In this document: piece by piece, positions 1 through 9,700 of the stretch | Layout: each line of letters begins with the position of its first letter | How positions within the stretch are numbered: position 1 is the stretch's first letter | Assembly (NCBI RefSeq): GCF_000875775.1 | Contig: NZ_CP010868.1 | Coordinates: 1,127,707-1,159,706 of the forward strand | Direction: 5' to 3' | DNA length: 32,000 nucleotides | Source of the DNA: Nitrosopumilus piranensis | Lineage (GTDB): Archaea; Thermoproteota; Nitrososphaeria; Nitrososphaerales; Nitrosopumilaceae | Position numbers and translations under genes: made by a program | The notes under the pieces: generated by a model | Databases searched by the model: none | What the model saw: only the letters and a program-made list of their open reading frames with translations | Told to the model about the DNA's origin: nothing

Positions 1-378
1 AATCTGTGATGCAGAATTTGCGTTCATGCTATAGATTCTAGTGGCCCCTTGCGTTGTAATATGAGAAATTGCCTTATTTTTTAGTAGGATGTCTGTTCTA
101 TATCGATCACCTTGTAGAATTCCCCCTGATGATGAAATTACATAAAGAAATGCCATTTGGGGAAGGAAACTTTCAGTGTATAGTGCTTTTTGAATTTGTA
201 GAGGAACTTGTGAAAATTGCTTTGTAACAACAGTCTTTCCGCTTTCATTTACTTGGAGTTCTACATCTAAAATTCCTACCTTTCCGGATTTGCCCACCCC
301 TAACTGTTTTACACTGGCATCATATGCCTGAATCTCTTTTGGAGTGTCATCAGGAGTATAGTATTCTAGTTTATTCAA
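1..378 (-). CDS. ureD: Urease accessory protein UreD/UreH, N-terminal part only (gene continues past the left window edge)
   Basis: Not in the ORF track because it has no ATG. My translation of the minus strand from TTG at 378 is open to position 1: LNKLEYYTPDDTPKEIQAYDASVKQLGVGKSGKVGILDVELQVNESGKTVVTKQFSQVPLQIQKALYTESFLPQMAFLYVISSSGGILQGDRYRTDILLKNKAISHITTQGATRIYSM... The pattern GK.G.L.L..GKT...Q.PL...KALY...GG.L.GDR...TTQ.AT..Y is UreD-like. It begins 3 nt after the ureG stop. Confidence 0.75.
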   Translation of the reverse strand, partial: MNKLEYYTPDDTPKEIQAYDASVKQLGVGKSGKVGILDVELQVNESGKTVVTKQFSQVPLQIQKALYTESFLPQMAFLYVISSSGGILQGDRYRTDILLKNKAISHITTQGATRIYSMNANSASQI

Positions 379-381
379 GAA

Positions 382-1038
382 TTACACCTTTTGGGCAATT
401 ATTGATTTTGGTTGTGCATCAAATAATACATCATGAATAATATGTTCTGTAACTTTCATTATTCCTTTATCCGTTTTACAGTTTACAAATTCAAATGGCT
501 TTTCTTTTCTAATTTTTAGTGCATCTCTTTTCATTATTTCTAGATCTGCCTCAACTAATGGTGCAAGATCGATCTTGTTAATTATCAAAAGATCACAACT
601 CTCAATTCCGAGTCCTCCCTTTCTTGGATACTTGTCTCCTCCTGCAACGTCAATAATGTAAATGAAATAATCAGCCAGGATTGGACTAAATGTAGTTGTA
701 ATGTTGTCTCCACCACTTTCAATTATTATGAGATCCAAATCAGGATGCTTTGCCTCCATCTCTTCAATTACTGAAAGATTCATTGAAGGGTCTTCTCGGA
801 CCGCAGTATGAGGACATCCACCTGTTGCAAGACCAATCACTAAATTCTCAGGGAGTAACCCCCTCTTAGTTGCAAGGTTATTTCGCATCCTATCGGCATC
901 TTCTTTTGATATGACATCATTTGAGATGATACTTACACTGTATCCTTTTTGTGCAAGCATTGGAACTAGTCTCTCAATAAGCATACTCTTTCCAGAGCCT
1001 ACAGGCCCTCCTATTCCAATTCTAGGAATATGTGTCAT
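382..1038 (-). CDS. ureG: Urease accessory GTPase UreG
   Basis: 218 aa. P-loop GGPVGSGKS, Ni-binding [11 protein letters not shown] (Cys-Pro-His) and ESGGDN / NKIDL GTPase motifs. Lies within the ure cluster. Confidence 0.95.
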   Translation of the reverse strand: MTHIPRIGIGGPVGSGKSMLIERLVPMLAQKGYSVSIISNDVISKEDADRMRNNLATKRGLLPENLVIGLATGGCPHTAVREDPSMNLSVIEEMEAKHPDLDLIIIESGGDNITTTFSPILADYFIYIIDVAGGDKYPRKGGLGIESCDLLIINKIDLAPLVEADLEIMKRDALKIRKEKPFEFVNCKTDKGIMKVTEHIIHDVLFDAQPKSIIAQKV

Positions 1039-1056
1039 GATAAAAAAATCTAATTT

Positions 1057-1764
1057 TTATGTAATAAACATTTTAGAATCCATTTTCTCATGGGACATCT
1101 GAATGACATCCATTTGAGGTGCAAACTGCCACATTTCTGAAAGGGATTTATTTGAATTTTCTTTAATTGTCTGAGCAATTACAGGTTTAATTTTATGAAT
1201 GATTTTTTGTCCTTCAAAGTGTTGAATTAGTCCTAATCGTAATGCCGCTCCCACTACTGCAACACTAAAACCGTAAAGCATCATCATCATGCTTTTCTCT
1301 TTTTTTATCTTCATGGCATTACAACATATAGCAAAGGCAACAGGAAAAATTCCATTTGCTTTTTTCTCTAAAATACTATCTTGATACTGCTTTAGCATTT
1401 TGTCATCTTTAACAAATTCTGCCACACACTTTACTAATTGAATCCCTGATCTTACTGATGCATCCCTAATTTCTTTAATTGATTTTGTTGCAAATAATGT
1501 ATTATCTGCTTGAATAATTCTATCAAAATTACCTTCATTTGAATTCTCAAATATGTCTGCAAGTGCAATGCAATCAGTTGGTCCTATCTGCTGAATAATA
1601 TTGATTTTAACCATCTCAGCTAGATCTGTCATCCCATGAATCTTATTTTGAGAGAAAAGATATTCCAATCCATTTGAAGTAGCAAATATTCCTGTAGGAA
1701 AAAAAGAATCTGATAACTGCATTACTCCTAGTTCTTGTTCAATCTCATCAATGTTCATGTACAT
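1057..1764 (-). CDS. ureF: Urease accessory protein UreF
   Basis: 235 aa. N-terminal QLSDSFFPTGIFATSNGLE is the typical UreF motif (D..FP.G.F..S.GLE). Sits between ureE and ureG. Confidence 0.85.
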   Translation of the reverse strand: MYMNIDEIEQELGVMQLSDSFFPTGIFATSNGLEYLFSQNKIHGMTDLAEMVKINIIQQIGPTDCIALADIFENSNEGNFDRIIQADNTLFATKSIKEIRDASVRSGIQLVKCVAEFVKDDKMLKQYQDSILEKKANGIFPVAFAICCNAMKIKKEKSMMMMLYGFSVAVVGAALRLGLIQHFEGQKIIHKIKPVIAQTIKENSNKSLSEMWQFAPQMDVIQMSHEKMDSKMFIT

Positions 1765-2233
1765 CTGCCCCTGAATGCGGAGAAAATACCCGTTCTTCTA
1801 CGGTCAACTCAATATAGTTGATAATACTATGAAATAGTTTCTCAAAGACTTCTTTTTCAGAATCAGCCTGTATTGGAAAGATTATCTCTTCTCCCTGAAT
1901 AGAGATTGGTCTATGCCTATTTCCAATGATGTGGCCCAAAAGTATCATCACCTTTTTGTTGTTGCTAGTTTTTAGTCTCACTCTAATGACTTTTTCAGAT
2001 AACTGCTCTATAACAATTGGATTTTTTCCATTAACCAGAACATCTCCATTACGTAGTTTAATTCCAGAATTTAAATTCAAACCAATATCAGTTCCACGAT
2101 CAGTCTTTCTCCTGAGAATTTTTTTGTCTAATTCTATTCTGGAAATCTTTAATCTCTCAAAATTACCATCTTTAAGAGTATCAAATCCTTCATCTAGAAA
2201 AATATTTCCGATCGGTACATTGACCTCTAACAC
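1748..2233 (-). CDS. ureE: Urease accessory metallochaperone UreE
   Basis: 161 aa. LGHIIGNRHRPISI matches the UreE core G.H.GNRH motif, and the C-terminus is His-containing (SPHSGADVHEH). Overlaps the ureF start by 17 nt and is first in the minus-strand accessory operon. Confidence 0.8.
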   Translation of the reverse strand: MLEVNVPIGNIFLDEGFDTLKDGNFERLKISRIELDKKILRRKTDRGTDIGLNLNSGIKLRNGDVLVNGKNPIVIEQLSEKVIRVRLKTSNNKKVMILLGHIIGNRHRPISIQGEEIIFPIQADSEKEVFEKLFHSIINYIELTVEERVFSPHSGADVHEH

Positions 2234-2323
2234 AACAAACTTTGTATTTTGATAAAGTTATACTTTCTTAGATTGTTTTTACATTTTTTAATTATTAAAT
2301 ACATTAAAACATAATCTCATTCA
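2234..2323. promoter_or_regulatory. Divergent promoter region between ureE (-) and ureA (+)
   Basis: 90-bp very AT-rich spacer between divergently oriented start codons. Contains several TATA-like runs (e.g. ttttaattattaaata). No transcript data. Confidence 0.4.
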
Positions 2324-2626
2324 ATGATGCTTACTCCTAGAGAATTAGAGAAACTCAATGTTTTTGTTACATCGGAACTTGCTCGCAGAAGACAGACTAG
2401 AGGACTTAAACTAAATCATCCTGAAGCAGTTTCTATTTTAGCTGATCATATCTTAGAAGGTGCAAGAGATGGAAGATCTGTTCCAGAACTAATGAGTTCT
2501 GGCAAAAAAGTTCTAACAAAAGATGATGTTCTTCCTGGCGTTGCTGATCTAATCCATTCCATCCAAGTAGAAGCAACTTTTGAAGATGGAACTAAACTAG
2601 TAACTATCCATGACCCGATTGTGTGA
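2324..2626 (+). CDS. ureA: Urease gamma subunit UreA
   Basis: 100 aa. [14 protein letters not shown]...[20 protein letters not shown] is the canonical UreA N-terminus. Confidence 0.95.
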   Translation: MMLTPRELEKLNVFVTSELARRRQTRGLKLNHPEAVSILADHILEGARDGRSVPELMSSGKKVLTKDDVLPGVADLIHSIQVEATFEDGTKLVTIHDPIV

Positions 2627-2631
2627 TGTAA

Positions 2632-3000
2632 ATGATTCCTGGCGAATATTTCCCTTCAGATGAACCAATAATTGCCAATGTGGGTAAGGAAACAGTTTTT
2701 GTTAGTGTTAGAAATACGGGAGATAGACCAATCCAAGTCGGTTCGCATACTCACTTTTTTGAAACAAATAAAGCACTTGATTTTCCAAGAAAGCAGTCCT
2801 ATGGTTATCATCTTAATATTCCTGCAGGAACTTCTGTAAGATTTGAACCAGGTGAAACAAAAGAAATTGAATTAACAGAATTTGGAGGAAAGAAAATTGT
2901 TTATGGATTTAGCGGTTTAGTAAGTGGAAGCTTAGAAGAAAAACAAGAAGATGCTATCAAAAAAGCAGCAGAAAAAGGATTCAAGGGAGTGGCAAAATGA
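2632..3000 (+). CDS. ureB: Urease beta subunit UreB
   Basis: 122 aa. MIPGEY...[19 protein letters not shown]...[15 protein letters not shown] is canonical UreB. Confidence 0.95.
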   Translation: MIPGEYFPSDEPIIANVGKETVFVSVRNTGDRPIQVGSHTHFFETNKALDFPRKQSYGYHLNIPAGTSVRFEPGETKEIELTEFGGKKIVYGFSGLVSGSLEEKQEDAIKKAAEKGFKGVAK

Positions 3001-4709
3001 CACTAACCATTCCAAGAAAAAACTATGTTGATTTGTTTGGTCCAACTACAGGTGATAAAGTTAGACTTGCTGATACCGATTTAATTATTGAAATTGAAAA
3101 AGACTTGGTCAAGTATGGTGATGAGGCTGTTTTTGGTGGAGGAAAAAGTATACGAGATGGACTTGGTCAAGCAAGTGGAGTGCTTCGTGCAGAATCACTC
3201 GATCTGGTAATTACTAATGCAATAGTTATGGATCCTATTTTGGGAATCATCAAAGCAGACATTGGAGTAAAAGATGGAAAAGTTGTATGTGTAGGAAATG
3301 CAGGAAATCCAAACATTATGGATGATGTTGACATGATAATTTCTTCAAACACTGAGATTATTGCTGGTGAGCATACAATTTGTACCCCTGGAACAATTGA
3401 TTCTCATATTCATTTTATTTCTCCTCAACAAGTAATCCATGCAATCTGTAATGGAACAACTACAATGATTGGTGGGGGAACTGGTCCTGCAGATGGCACA
3501 AACGCCACTACATGTACTCCGGGAAAATGGAATATCCATAGAATGATTGAATCAGTTGATGATTTTCCACTTAACTTTGGATTCTTGGCAAAGGGAAATG
3601 ATTCCCTTGAGACGGCATTACTTGAACAAATTGAAGCAGGAGCATGCGGATTAAAATTACACGAAGATTGGGGATCAACACCTGCTGCTATTGATTCTGC
3701 TCTAAACGTTGCAGATAAAACTGACACTCAAGTTGCAATACATACCGATACTCTAAATGAATGTGGATTTGTTGATGACACTATAGAAGCAATTGCAGGA
3801 AGAACAATCCATACTTATCACACAGAAGGTGCTGGAGGGGGTCATGCTCCGGACATTATGAAAGTTGCAAGTGAACAAAATATTCTTCCTTCTTCTACCA
3901 ATCCAACAAGACCATTTACCGTAAACACACTTGCTGAACATCTTGATATGATGATGGTCTGTCATCATCTTAATTCTGCAGTTCCTGAAGATGTATCATT
4001 TGCAGAATCTAGAATTAGAGGTGAAACAATTGCAGCGGAAGATGTTTTACATGATCTTGGAGTGCTAAGTATGATGTCATCAGATAGTCAAGCAATGGGT
4101 AGAGTCGGTGAAGTGACAACTAGAAACTGGCAGACTGCCGATAAAATGAAAAAGATGACCGGACCATTACCTGAGGATAATTCTGGAAATGATAATTTCA
4201 GAGTAAAGCGATATCTTGCAAAAATCACAATCAATCCTGCCCTAACTCATGGAATCTCTGATTATGTAGGCTCTATTCAGCCTGGAAGACTAGCTGATAT
4301 CGTTATTTGGTCTCCTCAATTCTTTGGCATCAAACCTAAAATGATCATCAAGGGCGGCTTTATCACCTATTCTCTAATGGGTGATCCTAATGCCTCAATC
4401 CCTACAACTGAACCCATATTGTATCGTCCTATGTTTGGAGCATATGGCCAAACAAAACATTCTACTTCTATAACTTTTACATCACAACTTGCACTAGACA
4501 AAGGAATTGAATCTGAAATTAAATCCCAAAAGAAATTGGTTCCTGTAAAAAATTGTCGTAATATTAGAAAAAAAGATATGTTGTATAATGATCAAACCCC
4601 CAAAATTGAAATCAATTCTGAAACCTATGAAGTAAAAGTTGATGGTAAACTTGCAACAATTGATCCAGCTGAAAAAATTTCTATGGCACGACTTTACAAC
4701 TTGTTTTAA
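2997..4709 (+). CDS. ureC: Urease alpha (catalytic) subunit UreC
   Basis: 570 aa. All classical nickel and active-site segments are visible: [16 protein letters not shown] (carbamylated Lys), [39 protein letters not shown]. 4-nt overlap with ureB. Confidence 0.97.
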   Translation: MTLTIPRKNYVDLFGPTTGDKVRLADTDLIIEIEKDLVKYGDEAVFGGGKSIRDGLGQASGVLRAESLDLVITNAIVMDPILGIIKADIGVKDGKVVCVGNAGNPNIMDDVDMIISSNTEIIAGEHTICTPGTIDSHIHFISPQQVIHAICNGTTTMIGGGTGPADGTNATTCTPGKWNIHRMIESVDDFPLNFGFLAKGNDSLETALLEQIEAGACGLKLHEDWGSTPAAIDSALNVADKTDTQVAIHTDTLNECGFVDDTIEAIAGRTIHTYHTEGAGGGHAPDIMKVASEQNILPSSTNPTRPFTVNTLAEHLDMMMVCHHLNSAVPEDVSFAESRIRGETIAAEDVLHDLGVLSMMSSDSQAMGRVGEVTTRNWQTADKMKKMTGPLPEDNSGNDNFRVKRYLAKITINPALTHGISDYVGSIQPGRLADIVIWSPQFFGIKPKMIIKGGFITYSLMGDPNASIPTTEPILYRPMFGAYGQTKHSTSITFTSQLALDKGIESEIKSQKKLVPVKNCRNIRKKDMLYNDQTPKIEINSETYEVKVDGKLATIDPAEKISMARLYNLF

Positions 4710-4752
4710 TACTTTTCAATTTTTATTTTCTTCATGTAAATTTTCATTTAAG

Positions 4753-4763
4753 CCGACGTCGAC
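4753..4763. promoter_or_regulatory. GC-rich overlapping palindromes CCGACGTCGAC in the AT-rich spacer upstream of the transporter gene (possible operator)
   Basis: CGACGTCG (4754-4761) is a perfect 8-nt palindrome. It is the only GC-rich island in the 157-bp ureC-transporter spacer. Function is inferred only from position. Confidence 0.2.
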
Positions 4764-4866
4764 TAGAATTATTTTTGATTGTAGGGTTTTATTTTGTCTT
4801 AAAAATTGAGTACATAAAGGTCCTAGTTTGTTCAATCAATAAGTAAATCTCAGAATATTCATTTTT

Positions 4867-6870
4867 GTGTACACGGCAAAATCTTTACCCTTTGTATTAA
4901 CTACATTTTTTGCTATTGTAGTGTTCCTTGTCGGATCTCCACAAACCGTTTTTGCAGCAGGTGCCATTTCAGAAGGATTTGCAATTGGTGAAGCATTGCC
5001 TGAATGGATTGGTTGGGCTATTGTTGTTGGTTTAGGTGCAGTTTTTGCTGTAATAATTTCCATTGAAGTAAAAATTGAAGAAAGATACCTTGGAGTTAAC
5101 CAGACCTCTGAGATGTTTAATACTGCTGGACGAACAATCAAAACGGGTCTAACTGCGGCTGCTATTGTTTCTGCTTGGACATGGGCTGCAACTTTACTTC
5201 AATCCTCAACTGTAGCATATCAGTATGGAATAAGTGGTCCATTTTGGTATGCAGCAGGAGCATCAATCCAAGTGTTGTTGTTCGGAATTTTAGCTATTGA
5301 ATTGAAACGTAAAGCCCCAAACGCACATACATTCCTAGAAATCATTCGTGCAAGATTCGGTGATGGTTCTCATAAAGTCTTCTTGGTATTTGCATTAATG
5401 ACTAACATGATTGTAACAGCCATGTTATTGCTAGGCGGTTCAGCCGTAGTCAATGGTCTTACTGGAATGGATATTTCTCTTGCTGCCTTCTTGATTCCAG
5501 TAGGTGTGATGATCTACACTCTAGTTGGAGGGCTAAAAGCAACTTTTGTTGCAGATTATATGCATACAATAATCATATTTGTTGTAATTCTAACCTTTGT
5601 TGCAGCAGTATATTTCAATACTGACATCACTGGTGGTGTTGAAGGAATGTATGAAAAATTAGTTGCAGCTGCAGATCTAAGACCAATTGAAGGAAATGCA
5701 GCAGGTGCATTCTTGACAATGGCATCAATTGGCGGTCTGATGTTTGGTATCATTAACATTGTAGGAAACTTTGGAACTGTCTTTGTTGACCAAGCATATT
5801 GGCAGCGAGCAATTGCAGCAAAACCATCATCCACTGTTAAGGGCTTCTTACTTGGTGGTGCATGTTGGTTTGCAATTCCATTTACACTTGCAACTACTAT
5901 GGGGCTGACTGCAGTGGCACTTGATGTTGACTTGACCCCTGCACAAGTTCAATTAGGATTGGTAGTTCCAGCAGCAGCTACAGCGCTAATGGGGGAAGTC
6001 GGTGCTATCATGGTATTAACTATGTTATTTATGGCAGTAACTTCTGCCGGTTCTGCAGAACTAATTGCAGTCTCTTCTTTGATAACTTATGATATTTACC
6101 GAACGTACAAGAATCCAAATGCCTCAGGTAAACAACTAGTCAAAGTATCTAGAATAACGATTGTTGGATTTGGGCTTGGTATGGGGGGTTTAGCAGTCAT
6201 ACTCTTACACATGGGATTAAGTCTTGGCTTTGTCTATCTGGCAATGGGCATCATAATTGGTGCAGCAGTAATTCCAATTGCATTAACAATACTTTGGAGA
6301 AGAACAAACCGAGTAGCTGCCACGCTTGGAGCTATTATCGGTTTGATGGTTGCAGTAACTACCTGGGTATCTGTTGCAGCATCATTGCCAGAATTTGGTG
6401 GGGAAATCAATCTGGCAAGTCTTGGTCATAATTACTCTATGTTATTTGGAAACATTGCTGGAATCTTAACTGGTGGAGCAATTACCATCTTTGGAAGTCT
6501 TGCAGCTAAAACTGAGTTTGATTGGGCTGATCTCAAAAAGAAAATCACTCTTGTCGAATTATCTGAAGCAGAGTCTGCAGAAATCACTGAAAACGAAGAG
6601 ACTTTGAAGAAAGCCTTCAAGTTTAGTCTTACTGGTGGCGGTATCATGACTCTGGTCTTAATCATTGCATGGCCAATGCCCTTGATTGCTGCCGGCGTAG
6701 TATTTGATATAATGGCTTATAGTATTTGGGTAGGAATCTCCGTAATTTGGGTAAGTATTGCTTCATTCTTCATCATATTTCTGCCCATCATTGAGGCAAG
6801 AAAAGGAATCGCACAAGTATTTAGCGGACAAAAGTCAGTTGCAGAAACTTCAAGAGGCGACAAGAATTGA
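4867..6870 (+). CDS. Sodium:solute symporter (SSS) family permease, probable urea transporter (DUR3-like)
   Basis: 667 aa with a GTG start. Highly hydrophobic, with many predicted TM helices and SSS-like segments (AGASIQVLLFGILA, GGLKATFVADYMHT, DQAYWQRAIAAK). Immediately downstream of ureABC on the same strand. Confidence 0.8.
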   Translation: MYTAKSLPFVLTTFFAIVVFLVGSPQTVFAAGAISEGFAIGEALPEWIGWAIVVGLGAVFAVIISIEVKIEERYLGVNQTSEMFNTAGRTIKTGLTAAAIVSAWTWAATLLQSSTVAYQYGISGPFWYAAGASIQVLLFGILAIELKRKAPNAHTFLEIIRARFGDGSHKVFLVFALMTNMIVTAMLLLGGSAVVNGLTGMDISLAAFLIPVGVMIYTLVGGLKATFVADYMHTIIIFVVILTFVAAVYFNTDITGGVEGMYEKLVAAADLRPIEGNAAGAFLTMASIGGLMFGIINIVGNFGTVFVDQAYWQRAIAAKPSSTVKGFLLGGACWFAIPFTLATTMGLTAVALDVDLTPAQVQLGLVVPAAATALMGEVGAIMVLTMLFMAVTSAGSAELIAVSSLITYDIYRTYKNPNASGKQLVKVSRITIVGFGLGMGGLAVILLHMGLSLGFVYLAMGIIIGAAVIPIALTILWRRTNRVAATLGAIIGLMVAVTTWVSVAASLPEFGGEINLASLGHNYSMLFGNIAGILTGGAITIFGSLAAKTEFDWADLKKKITLVELSEAESAEITENEETLKKAFKFSLTGGGIMTLVLIIAWPMPLIAAGVVFDIMAYSIWVGISVIWVSIASFFIIFLPIIEARKGIAQVFSGQKSVAETSRGDKN

Positions 6871-7391
6871 CTTCATGTTCTGGATGTAATGTTACATTGG
6901 GTTGGAAGAAATACAACTTTCAAAAGCAATGGAGAATTCCCGGATACTTTTGTAAAGATTGCATGAAAAAGATTGGGCATGACTTTGATGAACATGGAAA
7001 GATTACTCTTCCAAAAAGAACCTGTGATTCTTGTCACCAAGAATTTTTCTTTTTAACTACCACCTGGCAAAACAAACAACGACATAGATGTTGTGATGTT
7101 TGTAAAGACCTTGATAGTATAGAGTCATCATCAAAAACTGCATTGTTGCCCTCTGTTCCTTCAAGAATCCCAGTAATGATGGCGATCTTTGCAGCTTTTG
7201 GCATTATGCTAATGATTGGTGGATTTGCATATGTGATGTTAGTTGCACCACAGCAAGAATCTAGCATACTTCATGTAATTATTGGTAGTTGTATGTCTGG
7301 TGCAGGGTTTATGCTGGCAAGAAAGATGGTAAAGGTTAGAAACATGATCTTAGGCAAAAATTCACAACTTACAACTGAGGAATTAAGATAA
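6867..7391 (+). CDS. Membrane protein with two N-terminal Cys4 zinc ribbons and two C-terminal TM helices (function unknown)
   Basis: 174 aa. The TTG start overlaps the transporter stop (TTGA). CxxC pairs: CSGC...CKDC and CDSC...CCDVC. Then IPVMMAIFAAFGIMLMIGGFAYVMLV and VIIGSCMSGAGFMLA. The first CxxC would be lost with the internal ATG, which supports the TTG start. Confidence 0.5.
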   Translation: MTSCSGCNVTLGWKKYNFQKQWRIPGYFCKDCMKKIGHDFDEHGKITLPKRTCDSCHQEFFFLTTTWQNKQRHRCCDVCKDLDSIESSSKTALLPSVPSRIPVMMAIFAAFGIMLMIGGFAYVMLVAPQQESSILHVIIGSCMSGAGFMLARKMVKVRNMILGKNSQLTTEELR

Positions 7392-7822
7392 TGGCAAATA
7401 GATTATACAAAAAAATACTTGTTCCGTTAGATGGCTCAAAGTACTCAGAGCGAGCGTTTGCTGAAGCAGTAACTCTTGCAAAACAATGTGATGCAAAAAT
7501 AGTTGGATTGTCCATAGTTCCTTTTTCACCACTATCATATCGTGAGATTAGAATTGCAAAAGAGACAATGTTTATTGAATCAAAAAAGAATCTTGCAAAA
7601 GCTAAGAAAAATGCAGAGAAAAAAGGTGTGACCTTACAAGAAAAAATATTGGAGGGGAATCCTGGAGAATTAATCTCTAATTTTGCAAATCAAAGTAGAA
7701 ACAAAGTTGATCTGATAGTAATGGGTTCTAGAGGACGAGGTGGTCTTAAAGAAGTATTTCTTGGAAGCGTATCAAATCATGTAATGCACAAATCCAAAGT
7801 GCCTATAATGATCATAAAGTAA
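7391..7822 (+). CDS. Universal stress protein (UspA family)
   Basis: 143 aa. KKILVPLDGSKYSERAF...DLIVMGSRGRGGLKEVFLGSVSNHVMHKSKVPIMII is the classic Usp ATP-binding type. The start overlaps the upstream stop (TAATG). Confidence 0.85.
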   Translation: MANRLYKKILVPLDGSKYSERAFAEAVTLAKQCDAKIVGLSIVPFSPLSYREIRIAKETMFIESKKNLAKAKKNAEKKGVTLQEKILEGNPGELISNFANQSRNKVDLIVMGSRGRGGLKEVFLGSVSNHVMHKSKVPIMIIK

Positions 7823-8613
7823 TTTATTAAATTTACTAGTTGATGACTCTAAAGTAGATTAGGTTGTTTCTGTAATTATTGTATTACCCACAGACTAACT
7901 GGTAATGTACAATTCTTCATTGTGAAAATAGATAAAATTGTTGACATTACAGCCAAGAAAAAGGTGTAGAATAACTTTATTGAGATTCTATTAATTTTTA
8001 AATGCTTTTTTAACTTACATTCTGCTATGCGAACACGTGATCCTAAGTATAGAAAATACATGTATGCTTTGATGGGTGTATGCTCTGCAGTAATTTTGTT
8101 AGTAAACATGTAATGTGTGATGAATTCTGCAAAAGATACAAGGCTGAAAGTAATGATCTTGTAAGAGATGTACTGATTTTTCAAAATAAAATATTTTCAG
8201 AATTTAGTCTTGAAATTCATTAGTTATTCTTTACAAATGAATATCTTTAATGTAATTTTTACGTGTAAAATAATGAAGGACATGAGATATCTTGACAAGT
8301 CACCTCTAGCCCTTGTAATTTGATTTGACTCTTACAACTAAAAATAATTTCATGATGGGATTTAGTGATTATCTAAATGAATTTAGAAAAGAAGAGAATT
8401 ATTGAATAAATCATCATATCATAATGGGTAAAATCCATTTGTATGAAAAAAATACAAAATCAAAATTAGAATTTTTGTTGAATAACTAGAATTCATGCGT
8501 GGCCAATTCTCGCTAAACAGTATTTGGCGTGCAAGCCAATCTACATCCATTTTTTCCCAAAATATAGTTGGGCATATTGGATAAAATTATTGAAAATAAC
8601 TTTTTTAAAACCT

Positions 8614-8645
8614 GTGTTAACCCCCTATAGCATGGAGGTTAACGC
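8614..8645 (+). promoter_or_regulatory. GC-rich inverted repeat / hairpin upstream of bioB
   Basis: GTGTTAACCCCC-tatagcat-GGAGGTTAACGC: a 12-bp stem with one mismatch and one G-T pair and an 8-nt loop. Lies 33-78 nt upstream of the candidate bioB starts and stands out in a very AT-rich spacer. Confidence 0.3.
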
Positions 8646-8722
8646 TTTTCTAAGTTCATAGCAATAAAGGGAAATTTTTGACTACCTTCATTGTTATAAA
8701 TGGAAAACATAAACAAAAGATC

Positions 8723-9700
8723 ATGAGTGTCGTGAATTTCATAAAAGAGTGCCAGGAAAAAGTATTCTCAGGAAATCATATCACAGCAGAGGATGCTGAA
8801 AAATTACTAAACATCCCAGAGGAAAACCTCAAAGATTTGGCAAGATGTGCAAATGAGATTACTCGAGATTTTAATGGAGAAAAAGTAGATGTTGAGCAAT
8901 TAAACAATATTAAAAAAAATGCATGTAGTGAAGATTGTACATTTTGTGGACAATCTGCATTCTTTGACACCGGAATTGAGACATACCAATTGCCCTCACC
9001 TGAAGAAGTAGTATCTAAAGCTCAAAAAGCAAAAGATGAGGGCGCAGAATCATATTGTCTTGTAGCAGCGTGGCGTGAACCATCAAAAACAGATTTTGAA
9101 AAAGTTTGTAAAATAATTACTGAGATAAATGACAAAGTTGGAATTAGTGTTGAATGTAGTTTAGGGTTTCTTACAAAAAAGCAAGCTGCAAAATTAAAAG
9201 AACTTAAAGTAAAAAGATACAATCATAATTTAGAGACAGCAAAATCAAAATTTCCAGAGATTTGTACAACTCATACATATGATGACCGGCTAAAGACATT
9301 AGGCATCGCGAGGGATGCAGGTTTAGAGTTATGTACGGGTGGAATCATAGGACTGGGTGAAACAAGAGCACAGAGATTAGAACTAACATTAGAACTTGCA
9401 AGACTGTATCCTGAAGAAGTTACAATTAACATACTTGTTCCAGTTCCAGGAACACCACTTGAACTTCAAACAGATTTACCAAACTCTGAAATTGTAAGAA
9501 TGTTTTCAGTGATCAGATTTCTATTGCCTGAATCAGTTATCAAAATTTCTGGAGGCAGAGAAACTCAACTAGAGGATTCAGGTGAAGAGTTACTACAAAG
9601 CGGAGCAAATGGAATCATTACAGCAGGGTATCTTACCATGGGAGGTAATGAGGCCAAAAAAGACCGTAAAATGATTGAAAAAATTGGCCTCCAGGCATAA
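8723..9700 (+). CDS. bioB: Biotin synthase BioB (radical SAM)
   Basis: Radical-SAM cluster motif CSEDCTFCGQS, a YNHNLET motif and a GGIIGLGE motif. The track ORF begins at TTG 8678. I prefer ATG 8723 (MSVVNFIKECQ...), but the start is uncertain. Confidence 0.9.
   Translation: MSVVNFIKECQEKVFSGNHITAEDAEKLLNIPEENLKDLARCANEITRDFNGEKVDVEQLNNIKKNACSEDCTFCGQSAFFDTGIETYQLPSPEEVVSKAQKAKDEGAESYCLVAAWREPSKTDFEKVCKIITEINDKVGISVECSLGFLTKKQAAKLKELKVKRYNHNLETAKSKFPEICTTHTYDDRLKTLGIARDAGLELCTGGIIGLGETRAQRLELTLELARLYPEEVTINILVPVPGTPLELQTDLPNSEIVRMFSVIRFLLPESVIKISGGRETQLEDSGEELLQSGANGIITAGYLTMGGNEAKKDRKMIEKIGLQA

Noticed and set aside
911-5834. Numerous 60-110-aa ORFs antisense to or out of frame with ureG, ureE, ureC and the permease. 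Examples: 911..1102, 1926..2252, 3167..3727, 3753..3968, 4836..5141, 5556..5834.
   Set aside because: All are nested within genes whose identities are secure from catalytic motifs. They are treated as shadow ORFs.
7876-8184. 102-aa minus-strand ORF in the long spacer before bioB.
   Set aside because: Its composition (Ile/Phe/Tyr/Lys/Asn-rich, several Cys) looks like translated AT-rich DNA. It has no motif, no plausible partner genes and an isolated position. It is not reported as a gene, though a degraded pseudogene cannot be excluded.
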